From Tubulanus polymorphus (Eukaryota > Animalia > Nemertea), in contig NC_134027.1 of the NCBI RefSeq assembly GCF_964204645.1, positions 20,856,560 through 20,920,559 of the forward strand: a DNA stretch of 64,000 bases, given 5' to 3'. The notes beneath the pieces are model-generated. The model did no database searches. It saw only the letters and a list, made by a program, of their open reading frames with translations, and was not told the origin of the DNA. Positions 52,515 to 64,000 of this stretch are shown in pieces (the first letter of the stretch is position 1; every line of letters starts with the position of its first letter). The translations under genes and the position numbers were made by a program.

Positions 52515-54068
52515 TCCATAATGCATACTTGTATACATACGTGTATTTCTAAATTTCGATCTACTCTGTCACTGGAAATGATAAGTGACGCTTTTGAAAG
52601 GTAAACTGGTGTTTCATTGCTAATGATAATTTACCTTGGTTAGCAGTGTTATGCCTGTTTGTATCGAGTAGGATCATTGGAATACAATTGCATGCAAAAA
52701 CGTTCTCAGAATTTCGGTTGACACAAAGATTCTCGATTTTCCAAACACGACCTCCCTCTAAGAATACAATTTGTCCCGTTCAAATATCAAATTTCAATCA
52801 ATGACAATTCGTGTTATGACGCCGTGAGTGAGTAATAGCACGAATACTAGCCGACGAAGGCGAACAAACGACGCTCGATATAAAAACAATTGATTCGTAC
52901 GATTCTGAAAAGAGATGATTTTTTGAAATACGTAACACGCGTGTTCCCTACACGTGAAATGATACGTCGACACTAGTTTCAAATGCTGCATGTTTTTGGT
53001 GATCTGCGCGTCGAGTTACTGGTGAACGTGATCAGTATTCGCACCACTACGGAAACAGATTGTCATGACGTGTAAATCTTGTCCTTTTCTCGTCATTCAA
53101 ATAATGATCTCGAATCTAGAGGATTTATTTTCAACTTCTATCTTACAACTCCAACTAGAAAACTGCGCGCTTAACAATATTTTTGTTAATGGAGAAAGTA
53201 CTACTGTATGAGTACTGCTGACATCTTTTGACACTGACATGTCTGCGACACTGATATTACTTTTGAGCAGAACTCATAAATTACCTAATCCAATTTGTAC
53301 GAACATCTCATTGATGTTGATGCCTTTTTAACATATCAATATCAGCTGATAAATCTACGGGAGAATTGAATTTAGCATTATCAAACAATATTACATCGAT
53401 ATGAACGTTTATACAAATTTGAATTAAAACTAAGAGATGCACTGCATGATAAGATACGTGCCTGTAGTATTCCGTTACCGTCTGTTCCTGGTCCACGTCC
53501 ATCGCATTGTTGCCCGACAACGCTTTATGTGTATTGTGCTTGAAGAATCGTTGACGTCGGAAGATCCTCTGGCTAAATTGCAACGGAACGTTATGGACAA
53601 ACGGAAAAATACTGCCCCATCAAAACGAGGTGTCAGCAACACACGGAACTTGAAATTTGGACACAATTATGATCAACAACACAATTGAATTTCACGTACT
53701 GGTTAATTTACAGTGTAGAGTAGGATTTACAACATGCCCCCCCCCCCCTTGAATTTTGCAACTGTCGTTAATCATGTTGTAGTTTCATCAATTCTGACTT
53801 CGTTTGATGAATTCCATTTTCATTCAAACTCGACTTGACAACATATGTTAAAACTGCGGCCAAATGTCCAGTAAAACAATGATTGAAAATCAGTGATGGA
53901 AATTACTGGCTAATTGGCTATCATAAAGGCCGAATCCACTCTTGTTTGAATTAGGTTCAAATATGCGGATTCCCATCGACCTGTCAAGTACTTTCCAATT
54001 TTCACAGCAAAATATATGTAGACCTATAGTCTCATTTATTTTTACAGGAGTGTCTGACTACTAAAATA

Positions 54069-54548
54069 TCAACTGTTAAACAATTTATCATTTCAACTGT
54101 CAAACAATTTATCATTTCAACTGTCAAACAATTTATCATTTCAACTGTCAAACAATTTATCATTTCAACTGTCTTATCATTTCAACAGTCGAACAATTTA
54201 TCATTTCAACTGTCAAACAATTTATCATTTCAACTGTCAAACAATTTAACATTTCAACTGTCAAACAATTTAACATTTCAACTGTCAAACAATTTATCAT
54301 TTCAACTGTCAAACAGTTTAACATTTCAACTGTCAAACAATTTATCATTTCAACTGTCAAAAAATTTATCTTTTCAACTGTCAAACAATTTATCATTTCA
54401 GCTGTCAAACAATTTATCATTTCAACTGTCAAACAATTTATCATTTCAGCTGTCAAACAATTTATCATTTCAACTATCAAACAATTTATCATTTCAACTG
54501 TCAAACAATTTATCATTTCAACTGTTAAACAATTTATCATTTTAACAG
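54069..54548. repeat. 24-bp tandem array, about 20 copies (tcaactgtcaaacaatttatcatt)
   Basis: Read directly; few substitutions between units. Confidence 0.95.
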
Positions 54549-54602
54549 TCTATTAGATATTTAAATCATTAAACTCAATTCAATAATTATAATGTAGAAT
54601 TG

Positions 54603-55253
54603 TTACTCTTTACGCCAGTTTTTATGTTTAATTGTTTCATAATGCTTTGATTTATGTGATTTTAAATATTTACCTCCGCAATAACAATGCACTTTTTCAT
54701 TAGGATTGAATTTTCTAAATTCATCATCTAAATTACATTGAACTGCAATATCTTTATATGATTTTTCATTATCTAATTCACATTGAATTCCAATATTTGA
54801 TGAATTTTCATTATAGATAATTTGTTTATTATCAAAATTGAAATAATATAATTGTCTTTTTTCAATTCTTAAGTTAATCAAATCATTGCAATCTTTTGAA
54901 AGTATTATATCATCATTTCTTTCATTGAAAGGAGTCTTAAGAATATTAATTATGTTTTCATCTAAAGTTCCTTTAAAATTAAAAACTGTATTGAATACTT
55001 TAGGATTTTTAACACCATTATCAAAAGTATCTACTAGTTCAGTAATTAAATATGTTTCATTTGATAATATTTGATTAATTATAGTAATATTTTCAATTTT
55101 ATAATACCTTGCGGACACTAAATTTGTTGCTGAAATATAATTTTTAATGTAAAACTGTGAAAATGATTTATTGGTTTCTTTTATTTCGATTTTGAAGTTG
55201 GGTTCTTCTTCTTCTTTCTTCATTTTTATAACAAAACTTTTATTAAAACTCAT
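54603..55253 (-). CDS. Intronless K/N-rich orphan protein, 216 aa, with C-terminal CxC..H..H motif; Polinton/DNA-virus-like
   Basis: Long ORF in very AT-rich DNA; KVHCYCGGKYLKSHKSKHYETIKH; internal repeat IGIQCELD/IAVQCNLD. Confidence 0.6.
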   Translation of the reverse strand: MSFNKSFVIKMKKEEEEPNFKIEIKETNKSFSQFYIKNYISATNLVSARYYKIENITIINQILSNETYLITELVDTFDNGVKNPKVFNTVFNFKGTLDENIINILKTPFNERNDDIILSKDCNDLINLRIEKRQLYYFNFDNKQIIYNENSSNIGIQCELDNEKSYKDIAVQCNLDDEFRKFNPNEKVHCYCGGKYLKSHKSKHYETIKHKNWRKE

Positions 55254-55255
55254 TC

Positions 55256-55480
55256 AAATATAAATATTCAATGTTTTAAATATGAATTATTTCACTCGTT
55301 AATTACTCGTTACTTTTTATATTAAAAATCAAGAATTTAACACATATAAATATAAATATTCACTGTTTTAAATATGAATTATTTCACTCGTTAATTACTC
55401 GTTACTTTTATACTGAAAATAAGAATTTAACACATATAAATATTGAAATATGTTTAAAATATAAACTATTTCACTCACAC
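55256..55480. repeat. About 90-bp direct repeat (2 copies plus a partial third) upstream of the 55253 ORF
   Basis: aaatataaatattca.tgttttaaatatgaattatttcactcgttaattactcgttacttttta repeated. Confidence 0.85.
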
Positions 55481-55740
55481 TTTACTCACACTTTTATACT
55501 CTTTTAGTTATCCATTTATTTTACTTATATTTTTACTCGAAATCTGTTAAAATTATTGTTATTTTCATTTTTTACGAGCTCGACCTTTCGACCTTTGGTA
55601 TGAAAGCCTATTATCCCTATTACTCATATTTGCAGGTAACGAAAGTTATTGTCAAACCGACAAGTGATAGACTACTCAAAATCGTGTTTATAATTTCTTC
55701 AATCTTAGTGGACGGATCGTAAAAACAATTAAGTGCAAAA

Positions 55741-56640
55741 CTAGATCCGTTTTTCAGTTCCGTTGATTATCTTATATTCACCGATTTGGAAATCATGTGG
55801 TTTGCTGTTTATCATAGCGTTCAGAGTATTTCTATTGTTATATGTAAAATCTGTGACACAGAATCTGTTTTTGCATTTTAAATGAGCGCATGCGGTTAGT
55901 TGAGTACCCAAAGACCCATCGCACTTGCCCCAGAGTCCTAAGAAAATTCCATTCTCAACTATGCCCATAGTCGGACTATCGTTATTCAAATTGACGTAAT
56001 CCATATCGTTGACGTCGATTGAATATTGATCAGGTCCGTACGTCATCAGTTTTCGTGTTGGGCAAACGGTGACGTCAGTAATCTGATAGTTGTGCAGACG
56101 GCTTTCGATAATTTCGATAATATGTGGACAATCTTCATCCGACTCCAAAACTGTGGAGTTCATTATGATTTTCAAAAATGATTTCAATGATATGGAAACA
56201 ATGGCATTAAACTGAACTGAATAGAATCTCAACAAGGAGAAAAGACCGGGCGAATAACTTGTCACCAAATTAGAAAAATCTTTGACATCCCCACCGCTAG
56301 ACCATGCAATATTTGACACAATTTTCTCTACCCTTTGTTTTAAACACTCATTTACATAGGCATCTTCTACCGCGCTCGAACTAACTAACCATCATCGACA
56401 AATTTGCATATACAACTTGGAACGACTTTTCGCTAGTCTGAACGCATTTAGACAAAAGTCGTTCGTATTTCTGCCCGAGAGGACAAACGTTGAAATTGTG
56501 GTCACCGATGTCTATCTGAAAGTTTCCACTGTCCGGTGATAAATCGAACATGTAAGATAAAGTTCCGAATGACGGACCTTTGATCTTCCCGTGAGATACC
56601 TCTTTTTTCGGCATTCCCGGTAACAGTCCGATCTTTGAAT
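55741..56640 (-). pseudogene. Orphan intronless ORF of about 290 aa split by a 4-bp duplication
   Basis: Removing one TTAG unit at 56380-56388 joins ..LSMMVS to SSAVEDAYVNECLKQRVEKIVSNIAW.. in frame. Confidence 0.55.
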
Positions 56641-56648
56641 TCCACTAG

Positions 56649-56816
56649 ATCCAAATGCCACCATAGCCGAAAAGTTAAAATAAGAAAATGTTAAAATCTA
56701 TCATAAAATCCAAATTTTCGGTTCTAAGAGGTTAACCAAAAATTCGAATTTAAAGATAAATTTCAACATTCTCATATTTTTTAACTTTTCGGTTTTCTGA
56801 TTGTGGCATTTGGATT
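56649..56816. mobile_element. Foldback/MITE
   Basis: atccaaatgccac..ccgaaaagttaaaa inverted as ttttaacttttcgg..gtggcatttggat. Confidence 0.65.
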
Positions 56817-56914
56817 TATTATTCATTCACGACACAGTGTGAATCTCCACCTCGTCAATGAATTCCAATATTCCTCCTAAAGAGATTCGAACCTCTGCTG
56901 ACAAATAAATAAGG

Positions 56915-57055
56915 CATGAATGAAGAAGTCCCACAATATAGTTCTGTACGATAAGATGTGTTGAAATGAAACCACAACGTTTGGCTGTTGACTAACACCC
57001 ATCATCAGACTTCTTCATTCATCTAGTTGCCACGGATAAGTGTTTTATTCGGCTT
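56915..57055 (-). mobile_element. Penelope pLTR relic with degenerate hammerhead, related to 47514-48266
   Basis: aatgaaaccacaacgtttggctgttgactaacacccatcatcag nearly matches 47608-47651; tail resembles 47518-47560. Confidence 0.7.
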
Positions 57056-57415
57056 ACAGGCATTACTTGTCAGCAGGTTCACTTAAGCTACCTATCTAAA
57101 AAGGAATCTAAAAGAAGAACATCTTCAAACTAAGTTAGAAACTATTTGTTTTCTTAGTTAAGACTTAAAAAGTCAGAACAATCAAAAATACAACAAATCA
57201 ATCCTTGTACCAGTTGAAATGGATTGATTGCCCCCTCATAGTCCCGGTAAAAACACGCGGTATCATCACCTTAGAGGACTTCTACATCAACATCTACCCG
57301 AGAAAAAACCACAATAAACTATCGGACTATTTACACGTAGAAAACGACCCAAAAAAATATAAAAATGGACAAAATTATCTTCAACCTTGTAATATAGCTA
57401 TTTCCAGAATCTCAT

Positions 57416-57725
57416 TGTATTAAATTAGGCAGCCAGAAAAATTCATCCCAATCAGTCGCTTGCCGGTTCAGACTGAATGGAAGATTGTTTGGATGAACCA
57501 GAACCGAATTTCCACAATTATAAACTTCGATTTAAAGATATTCTGTTAACTCGACCGCCGATCACACATCTATATCTGTACTTCGATTTCCGATTTCAAA
57601 ATCGAACCCCCTGTTTCGCTCCCGGCAGGTGTGGTGGGTCTGTAAGGGACACTCAATCGAAAAATCAAACAAAATTTACCAGCCAAATAAATAAATAATG
57701 GGGACAATCCCTATTTTAAGATAAA
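57416..57725 (+). repeat. Dispersed repeat, copy 2 of 30223-30535
   Basis: Direct sequence match. Confidence 0.85.
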
Positions 57726-58529
57726 AAACGCGTCTAAACTGGTGAAATATTCCGTCTACGCTTGGGGAGTCCCTGCTGTGTATGTGACATTCTTTCTTTA
57801 AAACTATCTACAGCAATATGACAGATTTCGGGGTTCCATAAATAGTTTTGATATGTTTTTCTGTCACTATAAGGCAGTTATAAAAATGAGAAAGATTATT
57901 ACTTGTTGTCAATGGAACTAAATAGGCAACCGTATCGTACCTAGAATACCTGAACATAATTTCTGAATAACTACGTACTAGCGACCGGCGCGGAATCTAT
58001 GATAGCAATTCTAGTTTGGCTTTTCAATGGTTGCCAGAGGTTTGCTCACTCAGGCCCGTATAAAGGGCCCAGCTCAATGATGAAGTTCCTCGCAGGTGGT
58101 GGTGTTAAAAAATTTGAACATCGATTCAAAAAGTTTCATTCATTAGTACGTACGAAACATTTTTCAATCGTTTTCATTCAAAATATTCACATACTCACCA
58201 ACATGCTCACCACCTCGATTTAAGGCCAAATTGTAGGAAAAAGAAGCAATAATATCGTCACTAGACGTTCTAAAATTGCTTCTTTGCATCTAATTCCCAA
58301 ACTGTCCAACGGGAGCTCGGGCCCAAGATTTTGCGTTACCCTCATATATCATAACCCTATTCTTAAACTGTCCCGCTGGAGCTCGGGCCCAAGATTTTGC
58401 GTAACCCTAAATATCATAACCCTAGCAGTACATCATCCAGAATTCAAGAACTACTCGAATACAACGAATTGAAGTTCATGGGATGCTTCAATTCTGTTCC
58501 ATTAAAGAATAAAAAAGACGCCTTTAGGC

Positions 58530-58681
58530 GAGTAATAGGGAATATGGGGGTTCAGATCAAAGGTCGAGAAGTCGAGTTCATAAAAATGAAAAATAAATTC
58601 TCGCACACTCGAATTTATTTTTCATTTTTATGAATTCGCCCTCTCAACCTTTAATCTGAACCCCCATATTTCCTATTACTC
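58530..58681. repeat. About 150-bp hairpin
   Basis: gagtaataggg.atatgggggttcagat..aaataaattc, 10-nt loop, gaatttattt..atctgaacccccatatt.cctattactc. Confidence 0.85.
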
Positions 58682-59425
58682 TTAAAATATTAATCTAATA
58701 ACTTCTAAAATCAATTTCAATAAAACAATTGATATTGAAATGGAAGCAAATAAGTACTACTGTTCAACATGTAAAATTGATATAGATAAATCTCAAAAAG
58801 CAAGACATAATAAAACTAAAACCGCGTAGATAGACATAGTAGTGATTTAAAGATTGCGCCATATTCATACAACGCTGTAAAACCGAAAAACACCTGTTGC
58901 CTACTTACGCGCGGAATTATTAACGATCGTTTACTGCAAACGGTGACAGATGTGTGATGGAATATGTCCGTCAGTCGTTTTCTATGTTGCAACTGGAGGG
59001 TGCTGCCCTCTCTCTCTCAAAAATGCAGAACAATAGGTGATTGTGTTAATATCTTTTGTCCGCCTTTTTACTGGTTTTTGGGCTCTCAGAGTCGATATTT
59101 GGAGGGAACTTCTACTGTGGAACAGGCAGAATAGGACCTCGTTACAGATGGTGCTTGTTAATTAAATAACTGGCAGTTTCGTATGCGCTAGTATATTTAC
59201 AAGACGCATTAACACTGAACTAGAGACCGCTCCCTCAAACAGACATACATATACAGTTATAATATCTATCCCATTTCGGATATAATTCGGAGTTTACAGT
59301 TCGCGAGTTAAATGTAAGTACAGTTTTTGTTGTTATTGAGGCTATTAAATATGAAACCTTTAAATATATTTATATTTAGTATATCTTTTAGATAGATTAC
59401 CACTAATATCTTTTAGATTAATAAA

Positions 59426-60053
59426 ATGTCAAACGCGTCACGAAGCGATGTCGATAATCAAGATACTCTTTCTCAGAGGACAACCGCAATGGAAGTCGAT
59501 CCAATAGAAAAAGGCGTAGAAGCAAACGAATCACAAGAAGAAATAGATGAAGAAACTCTAGAAGAAGTTCAAAAACATTTAAAATACTACCAAGAAACGG
59601 CATCAATTTTGGAAAAAATAACACAAAACAAGCGATCTAGTGTGGCATCATTGCCAAAATTGCCGACAACGGATATAAAGATATTGTTGGGGTTAAAAGA
59701 ACCAAACTTTAAAAAGAAAATGAGTGGAAAAGAGTTGAATGATTTTTTAAAATCAAAATTAACAAATGAAACAGATGTAAGCTTTAAAGAAATAGAAGGT
59801 TTAGTATCATTTGCTGAAATAACTGTTTTATTTAAAAAGAAACTATAGATCTTTATTATGTAAAAAAGCAAAACACTTATGGGACCATATCATTTTAGGG
59901 GATTATTTAAATAGGGGGCTTTTAATGTTTAATAAACAAACTGCGGGGATTTCTTGGGCTTCTTGGGTAAAAAGAAATATAAGTATTAGTGCCGGACATG
60001 AAAGAAAATTAAGAAGCGTAGGGAAATTATTTACATATAAAAGATTCCAATAA
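59426..60053 (+). pseudogene. Frameshifted intronless orphan ORF, about 205 aa if repaired
   Basis: ORF 59426-59848 continues after an A-run shift near 59835 as ..HLWDHIILGDYLNRGLLMFNKQTAGISWASWVKRNISISAGHERKLRSVGKLFTYKRFQ. Confidence 0.55.
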
Positions 60054-61498
60054 GGGTAAAAAAATATTTTAAAGCGTAAGGTTTCTATGAGGTGTTTTTA
60101 TTTTGCATAGAAAGAACCGATCGTACGCAATCTGATGCGGGTTTCGGACTTTATTCTTAACTTTTTATTTTGGCTTTCGGAAGTGACGCGCGGGCGGCTT
60201 CGCGATTTGATGAGAAACAAGGTATCAAATTTGAAGGGCCTTAGATTTACAACCTTAAGAAGCAATACTTTATGTGAAACTATTTACTAACCTGACTTTG
60301 TTTTGTTTCAAATCTTTGGCAACCTTTAACAGCTCCGGCCAAATAAATGTTAACAAATTAACATTCTAGGCTAAAAATGATTTTGTATCGCCTTGTTTCT
60401 CCTTTAATAGATAGACCAAGTCATTTTATAAATCGCAAAAAAACTTCTTAATAAGTTCATTTCTATAGCTGCCGGGTACAGTTGGCTTGGTCATGATTTA
60501 AGAAAAAAATAATGTACAATGACAGGCGGCTCACTGGGTCAACTTTTAAGCTCAAACAGAAAAGAGAAACAAGGTATCAATGCCGTAGCCTTATTTCTTT
60601 CAAAGTATACCGGGTACTGTCCTAATTTACTGTCCTCGCTATCCAAACTGTACTATGTTTTTAGATTTTAATGTTGACATATGTGATTTATTCAGTGCCT
60701 CGGGCCGAGGGACTGATGATTGTCATCTATAATGCTTTATCAGCTATGTATAGTTAGTTATATATATCAGCTATGTATAGTTAGTTAGAAACTGATTTCA
60801 AGTCAACAAGTCCAGGTGTTGTACCTGTTGGCTAACCTAACAGGTTGACTGGATGGATGACCGAGCGACGTGACTGGATGACCGGTCGACTGGACGACTG
60901 GGTGACTGGATAACCATCAGTAGATTCTACACTTAGGCCGAAATCGGAACTATTGAGTATACATCTTTAAATAGTTGAATACAAGTTTCTGTAAATCATT
61001 TTCTTCTTGCAGAATGAATATTCTCTGATGGAATTGCATCGCGAGTGAATATCTAATTCCACTTGAATGCATCAGACTTATGATAAAAAAAACAATCCAT
61101 TTCGAACATTGAGCTGTTTTCTTTTAGATTACTCATCGAGAATCCTGATTCAATCATTATTTCATTCGGTCAAAATGAAATATTGCGAAGGTTGAACCTT
61201 GAGAAAAAAATAGGAATCATTTGAATAATTAAAACTCGAAAATCGGTGTATGATGTACGCAAATTAACATAAGCTTAACATGATTAATCAGTGATTATAA
61301 TATCTGATTTTTGGATTTGAACAACTAGAAATTGAGATGACGGTTAATTGAAAATGAACCAAATTTGTCTGAGTACGGCTGATAGTGACACAATCTGACA
61401 GTTTAGTTGGTGTGCCGGTACCCCGTTGTTAGAAGGTGCTTCGGAAATTCTATTCGCCCGGATGCTAACGACAATGCATCTTTCTCAATTAACAAAGC

Positions 61499-62565
61499 TT
61501 AGATTCGCTGCCTTCTCAGAATTCTTTTAGCAGTGTCTCTGAAATTATCGTTTACTAAGTGATAGATAAAAAATTTGCAGATGAGTTCGAGATCGGTAAG
61601 ATATCGCTCAACACTACTTGAATTGTGTAGACGGTGTAAGAATGTTTAATGGGTGGGATTTCGACGAAGCGACCGATGAAATTGTTATAAGATCGGAACG
61701 ATGCAGGGATTTCACAGACGATAAACATAATAACAATAGCTATAGCTATCTTACTAGCTTTCACGTCTAGCCTTTGTATGCGTTCGTTTGTCATTTCTTT
61801 TCTCCTTGAACCAAGCTTTCTTAGAGTCCATATCAGATGGCTGTTAAAGATTATAAGCAATAAAACAGGCAGGATTTCTTTATACAAAGGACTAGCAAAT
61901 TGGTCAATCCACGAAAAGATTCTAGTAAAAACGTATTTCCGTATCGGATCACTGGCAATGCGTATAGATAGTATGATGACCTTATTACACTCGTCATAAT
62001 ACCTGTTTCCGATTGTCGTGCCGATAATCAATGGACAACTTAAAACACAAAAACATACATTGAAGCAACAAGCTACAACTCTAACCCTTGGTATTGTAAA
62101 GTGAGTTCTAGCGAAGAATGGCCTAGCGATCGAAATACACCTTTCTAAAACTAGCAGTACGGTTATCCAGTTTCTTGTCACATGTGCTGAGTTTCTCGGT
62201 AACCAAGCTACCAGATAGACCCATGGCCGAATACCCCAACTCATACTCGTAGGTACTGTGAACATGTGACTTCCCTGAGTCAAAGCGGAGACGATGAAAC
62301 GAAAAGGCTCTTGAATTATGCGGAATACAAGAAAAAGTACATCTGCCACTGCCAGACATCGCAGAAGATAGAGCGAAATGTGGTTTGAAGTTTGGCGACG
62401 TAAAATCACAATGCTGAAACAATTCAAAACTATTCCGACGATGCTGATAGGAAGACTTCCAGCTAGTTTTACGCTGATTGACAACACGTTTTGGAATTTG
62501 TAAGGTGGGCAGGGATTTCTAGTAGTTGTGGAGAGTACTGAAGTCGTCTGCGAGCTGAAATTCAT
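61499..62565 (-). CDS. Intronless rhodopsin-type GPCR (FMRFamide-receptor-like); 1-bp homopolymer frameshift in TM7
   Basis: VGIVLN, LRCLAVAD, RNWITVLLVLERCISIARP, FIVCEIP, NSSANF; one extra T in the run at 61568-61573 restores NFFIYHLVNDNFRDTAKRILRRQRI-stop. Confidence 0.85.
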
Positions 62566-62689
62566 CTCGAGAGAGAAACCTGTAATAATCTTTACAGCTC
62601 AGCGTTTGCATACGGTGATGAAAATATGATAGGACGCGATAAAAATATAATACGTAGCGCTGCATTCATACAGATATCATTCCGGGACG

Positions 62690-63410
62690 CGACCATCAAG
62701 TTTAGGTCACTGTAAGAGACACCGGCTAACTGCCCCCACGAAGATCCTTAAGCCTTACGGAGACATTTTAACAGGGTCCTACCATCCGACTGTAGGTAGA
62801 TCCATGTTTAAGGACGGTCAGAAACGTGTGGTCGAAATCGCATTAAAGACATTTGGCAAGACATTTGACTCTTCCCTCGAATTACGGGCTACTGCTCATC
62901 AGAGCTTACAATTCTGGGCAGCCAGAACACTGTGCCATTTGTGGGGGATTTGAACATACATGGGTCGAGTGCCTCATTGCATGTACACATCCAACGCACA
63001 CACCCGACAAATGCCGGCAAATTCATTACCGTGAAACCCTTGCTGCAACGGCCATGAAGAGGTCGAATCCAACGCCGTCAGAACAACAACAGCCAACAAA
63101 TGATCCGCCAGCTCCATCGACGCATTCTGACAAGCGACTCTTGAAAGAAACTGAAACGAAAAAAACCGATGATGCAGGCAAAAAGAGGCCGTCTTCGCCA
63201 GATTTACCAGAGTCGCCAGAGACCGAGATTCCTGGCACGCCGAAAAAGAAAATATAGAAAGCGGCGTCTCCTGTGCCTGATGAAGACGGTGACACGGAGA
63301 TTGGGGAAATGACATCTGAATCCCCACCATTGAAAAAACAACTCCAGCCACCAGCAGAAGAAGTGAAAACCAAGAAAAGCCCATAAGCAAGAACCTCGAC
63401 CACAAAAGCC
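62690..63410 (+). mobile_element. LINE (L1/Tx1-like) ORF1 relic
   Basis: IRAYNSGQPEHCAICGGFEHTWVEC zinc knuckle, a partial second knuckle and a P/K/E-rich tail; frameshifted. Confidence 0.65.
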
Positions 63411-63526
63411 AGAATCAAAAAATCGACTAAGGTGATGTATCATTTTATCTCTTAACAAGTATATCATTCAATATGTTTGAACGAACAATACTCAAAACAA
63501 TGGAAATAAGGCCTAGATATGGGAAA

Positions 63527-64000
63527 CTGGTACGCGGTAATAATGCCAGAGGTAAAAATGCCATAGGAAATAATGCCAGAAGTAAAAATTCCAGAGGTAA
63601 AAATGCCAGGGGAGTAGAAATGCCAGAGGTAAAAATGCCAAAGGAAATAATGCCAGAGGGGTAAATTGGTGAATTACAGCAAACTTACTCGTCGAAAACT
63701 ACTCAAATTTGTGGGAAAAGTTCCTGCTAGACCTTTGATTCCATTAATTACAACAAAAACAATCGTGTCCGAAATTTAATTGGACATAATCATCCCTCCA
63801 TTTGGCGGGCTATCAGAGCTTTCCAAATTGAACAGAGCGTCGCGTCCGCAAATATTTTACAAAATCGAATTGGAAATAGACCAGAGCATCGCGTAAGAAA
63901 TGTCTACCGTCAACGGCAACAGAGTTTGAGAAATCTTTGTGCCAGAAGGAAACTTGCCTATGTCAGAATTTTTATACGGAATAGGGCATAACATCCACCA
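63527..64000 (+). mobile_element. Mutator (MULE/Phantom-like) element fragment
   Basis: 15-bp sub-repeats (aatgccagaggtaaa) at 63536-63660, then NNRVRNLIGHNHPSIWRAIRAFQIE..RNLC..EFLYGIGHNI resembling a MULE transposase C-terminus. Confidence 0.7.

Noticed and set aside
52794-53690. Short ORFs with coding-like composition
   Set aside because: No recognisable motif or consistent splice structure.
54069-54548. CRISPR-like array or MINCLTVE repeat protein
   Set aside because: Head-to-tail units with no spacers, eukaryotic context, no cas genes; the ORF follows trivially from a stop-free 24-bp unit.
21135-62565. Functional cluster linking cwo, PDCL and the GPCRs
   Set aside because: Eukaryotic adjacency alone is weak evidence and these GPCR families are typically widely dispersed; would need conserved synteny or co-expression.
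62974-63467. Hydrophobic minus-strand ORFs
   Set aside because: Antisense shadows of the LINE ORF1 relic.

Overview
AT-rich animal genomic DNA with GT-AG introns, most likely from a marine invertebrate/lophotrochozoan (inference from gene content). 1-14.6 kb is a cluster of three paralogous GRL101-like receptor loci with an unusually extended ectodomain (signal peptide, CUB-like domains, C-type lectin, LDLa repeats, LRR, 7TM): one looks intact and runs off the left edge, one is a short relic, and one is full-length but multiply disrupted. Two conserved multi-exon genes could be spliced by eye: clockwork orange (bHLH-Orange, minus, 6 exons, 516 aa, upstream E-box cluster) and phosducin-like PDCL (plus, 7 coding exons, 299 aa). 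Also present: a two-exon THAP gene, four intronless rhodopsin-type peptide-receptor-like GPCR loci (one intact, two with single-base frameshifts, one decayed), a Penelope-like retroelement with inverted repeats each carrying a minimal hammerhead ribozyme, a tRNA-derived SINE, many MITE/Helentron/MULE/LINE relics, and an AT-rich 54-60 kb island of intronless orphan ORFs, tandem arrays and hairpins that may be a decayed Polinton/DNA-virus insertion. All calls are from visual reading; no searches were run.
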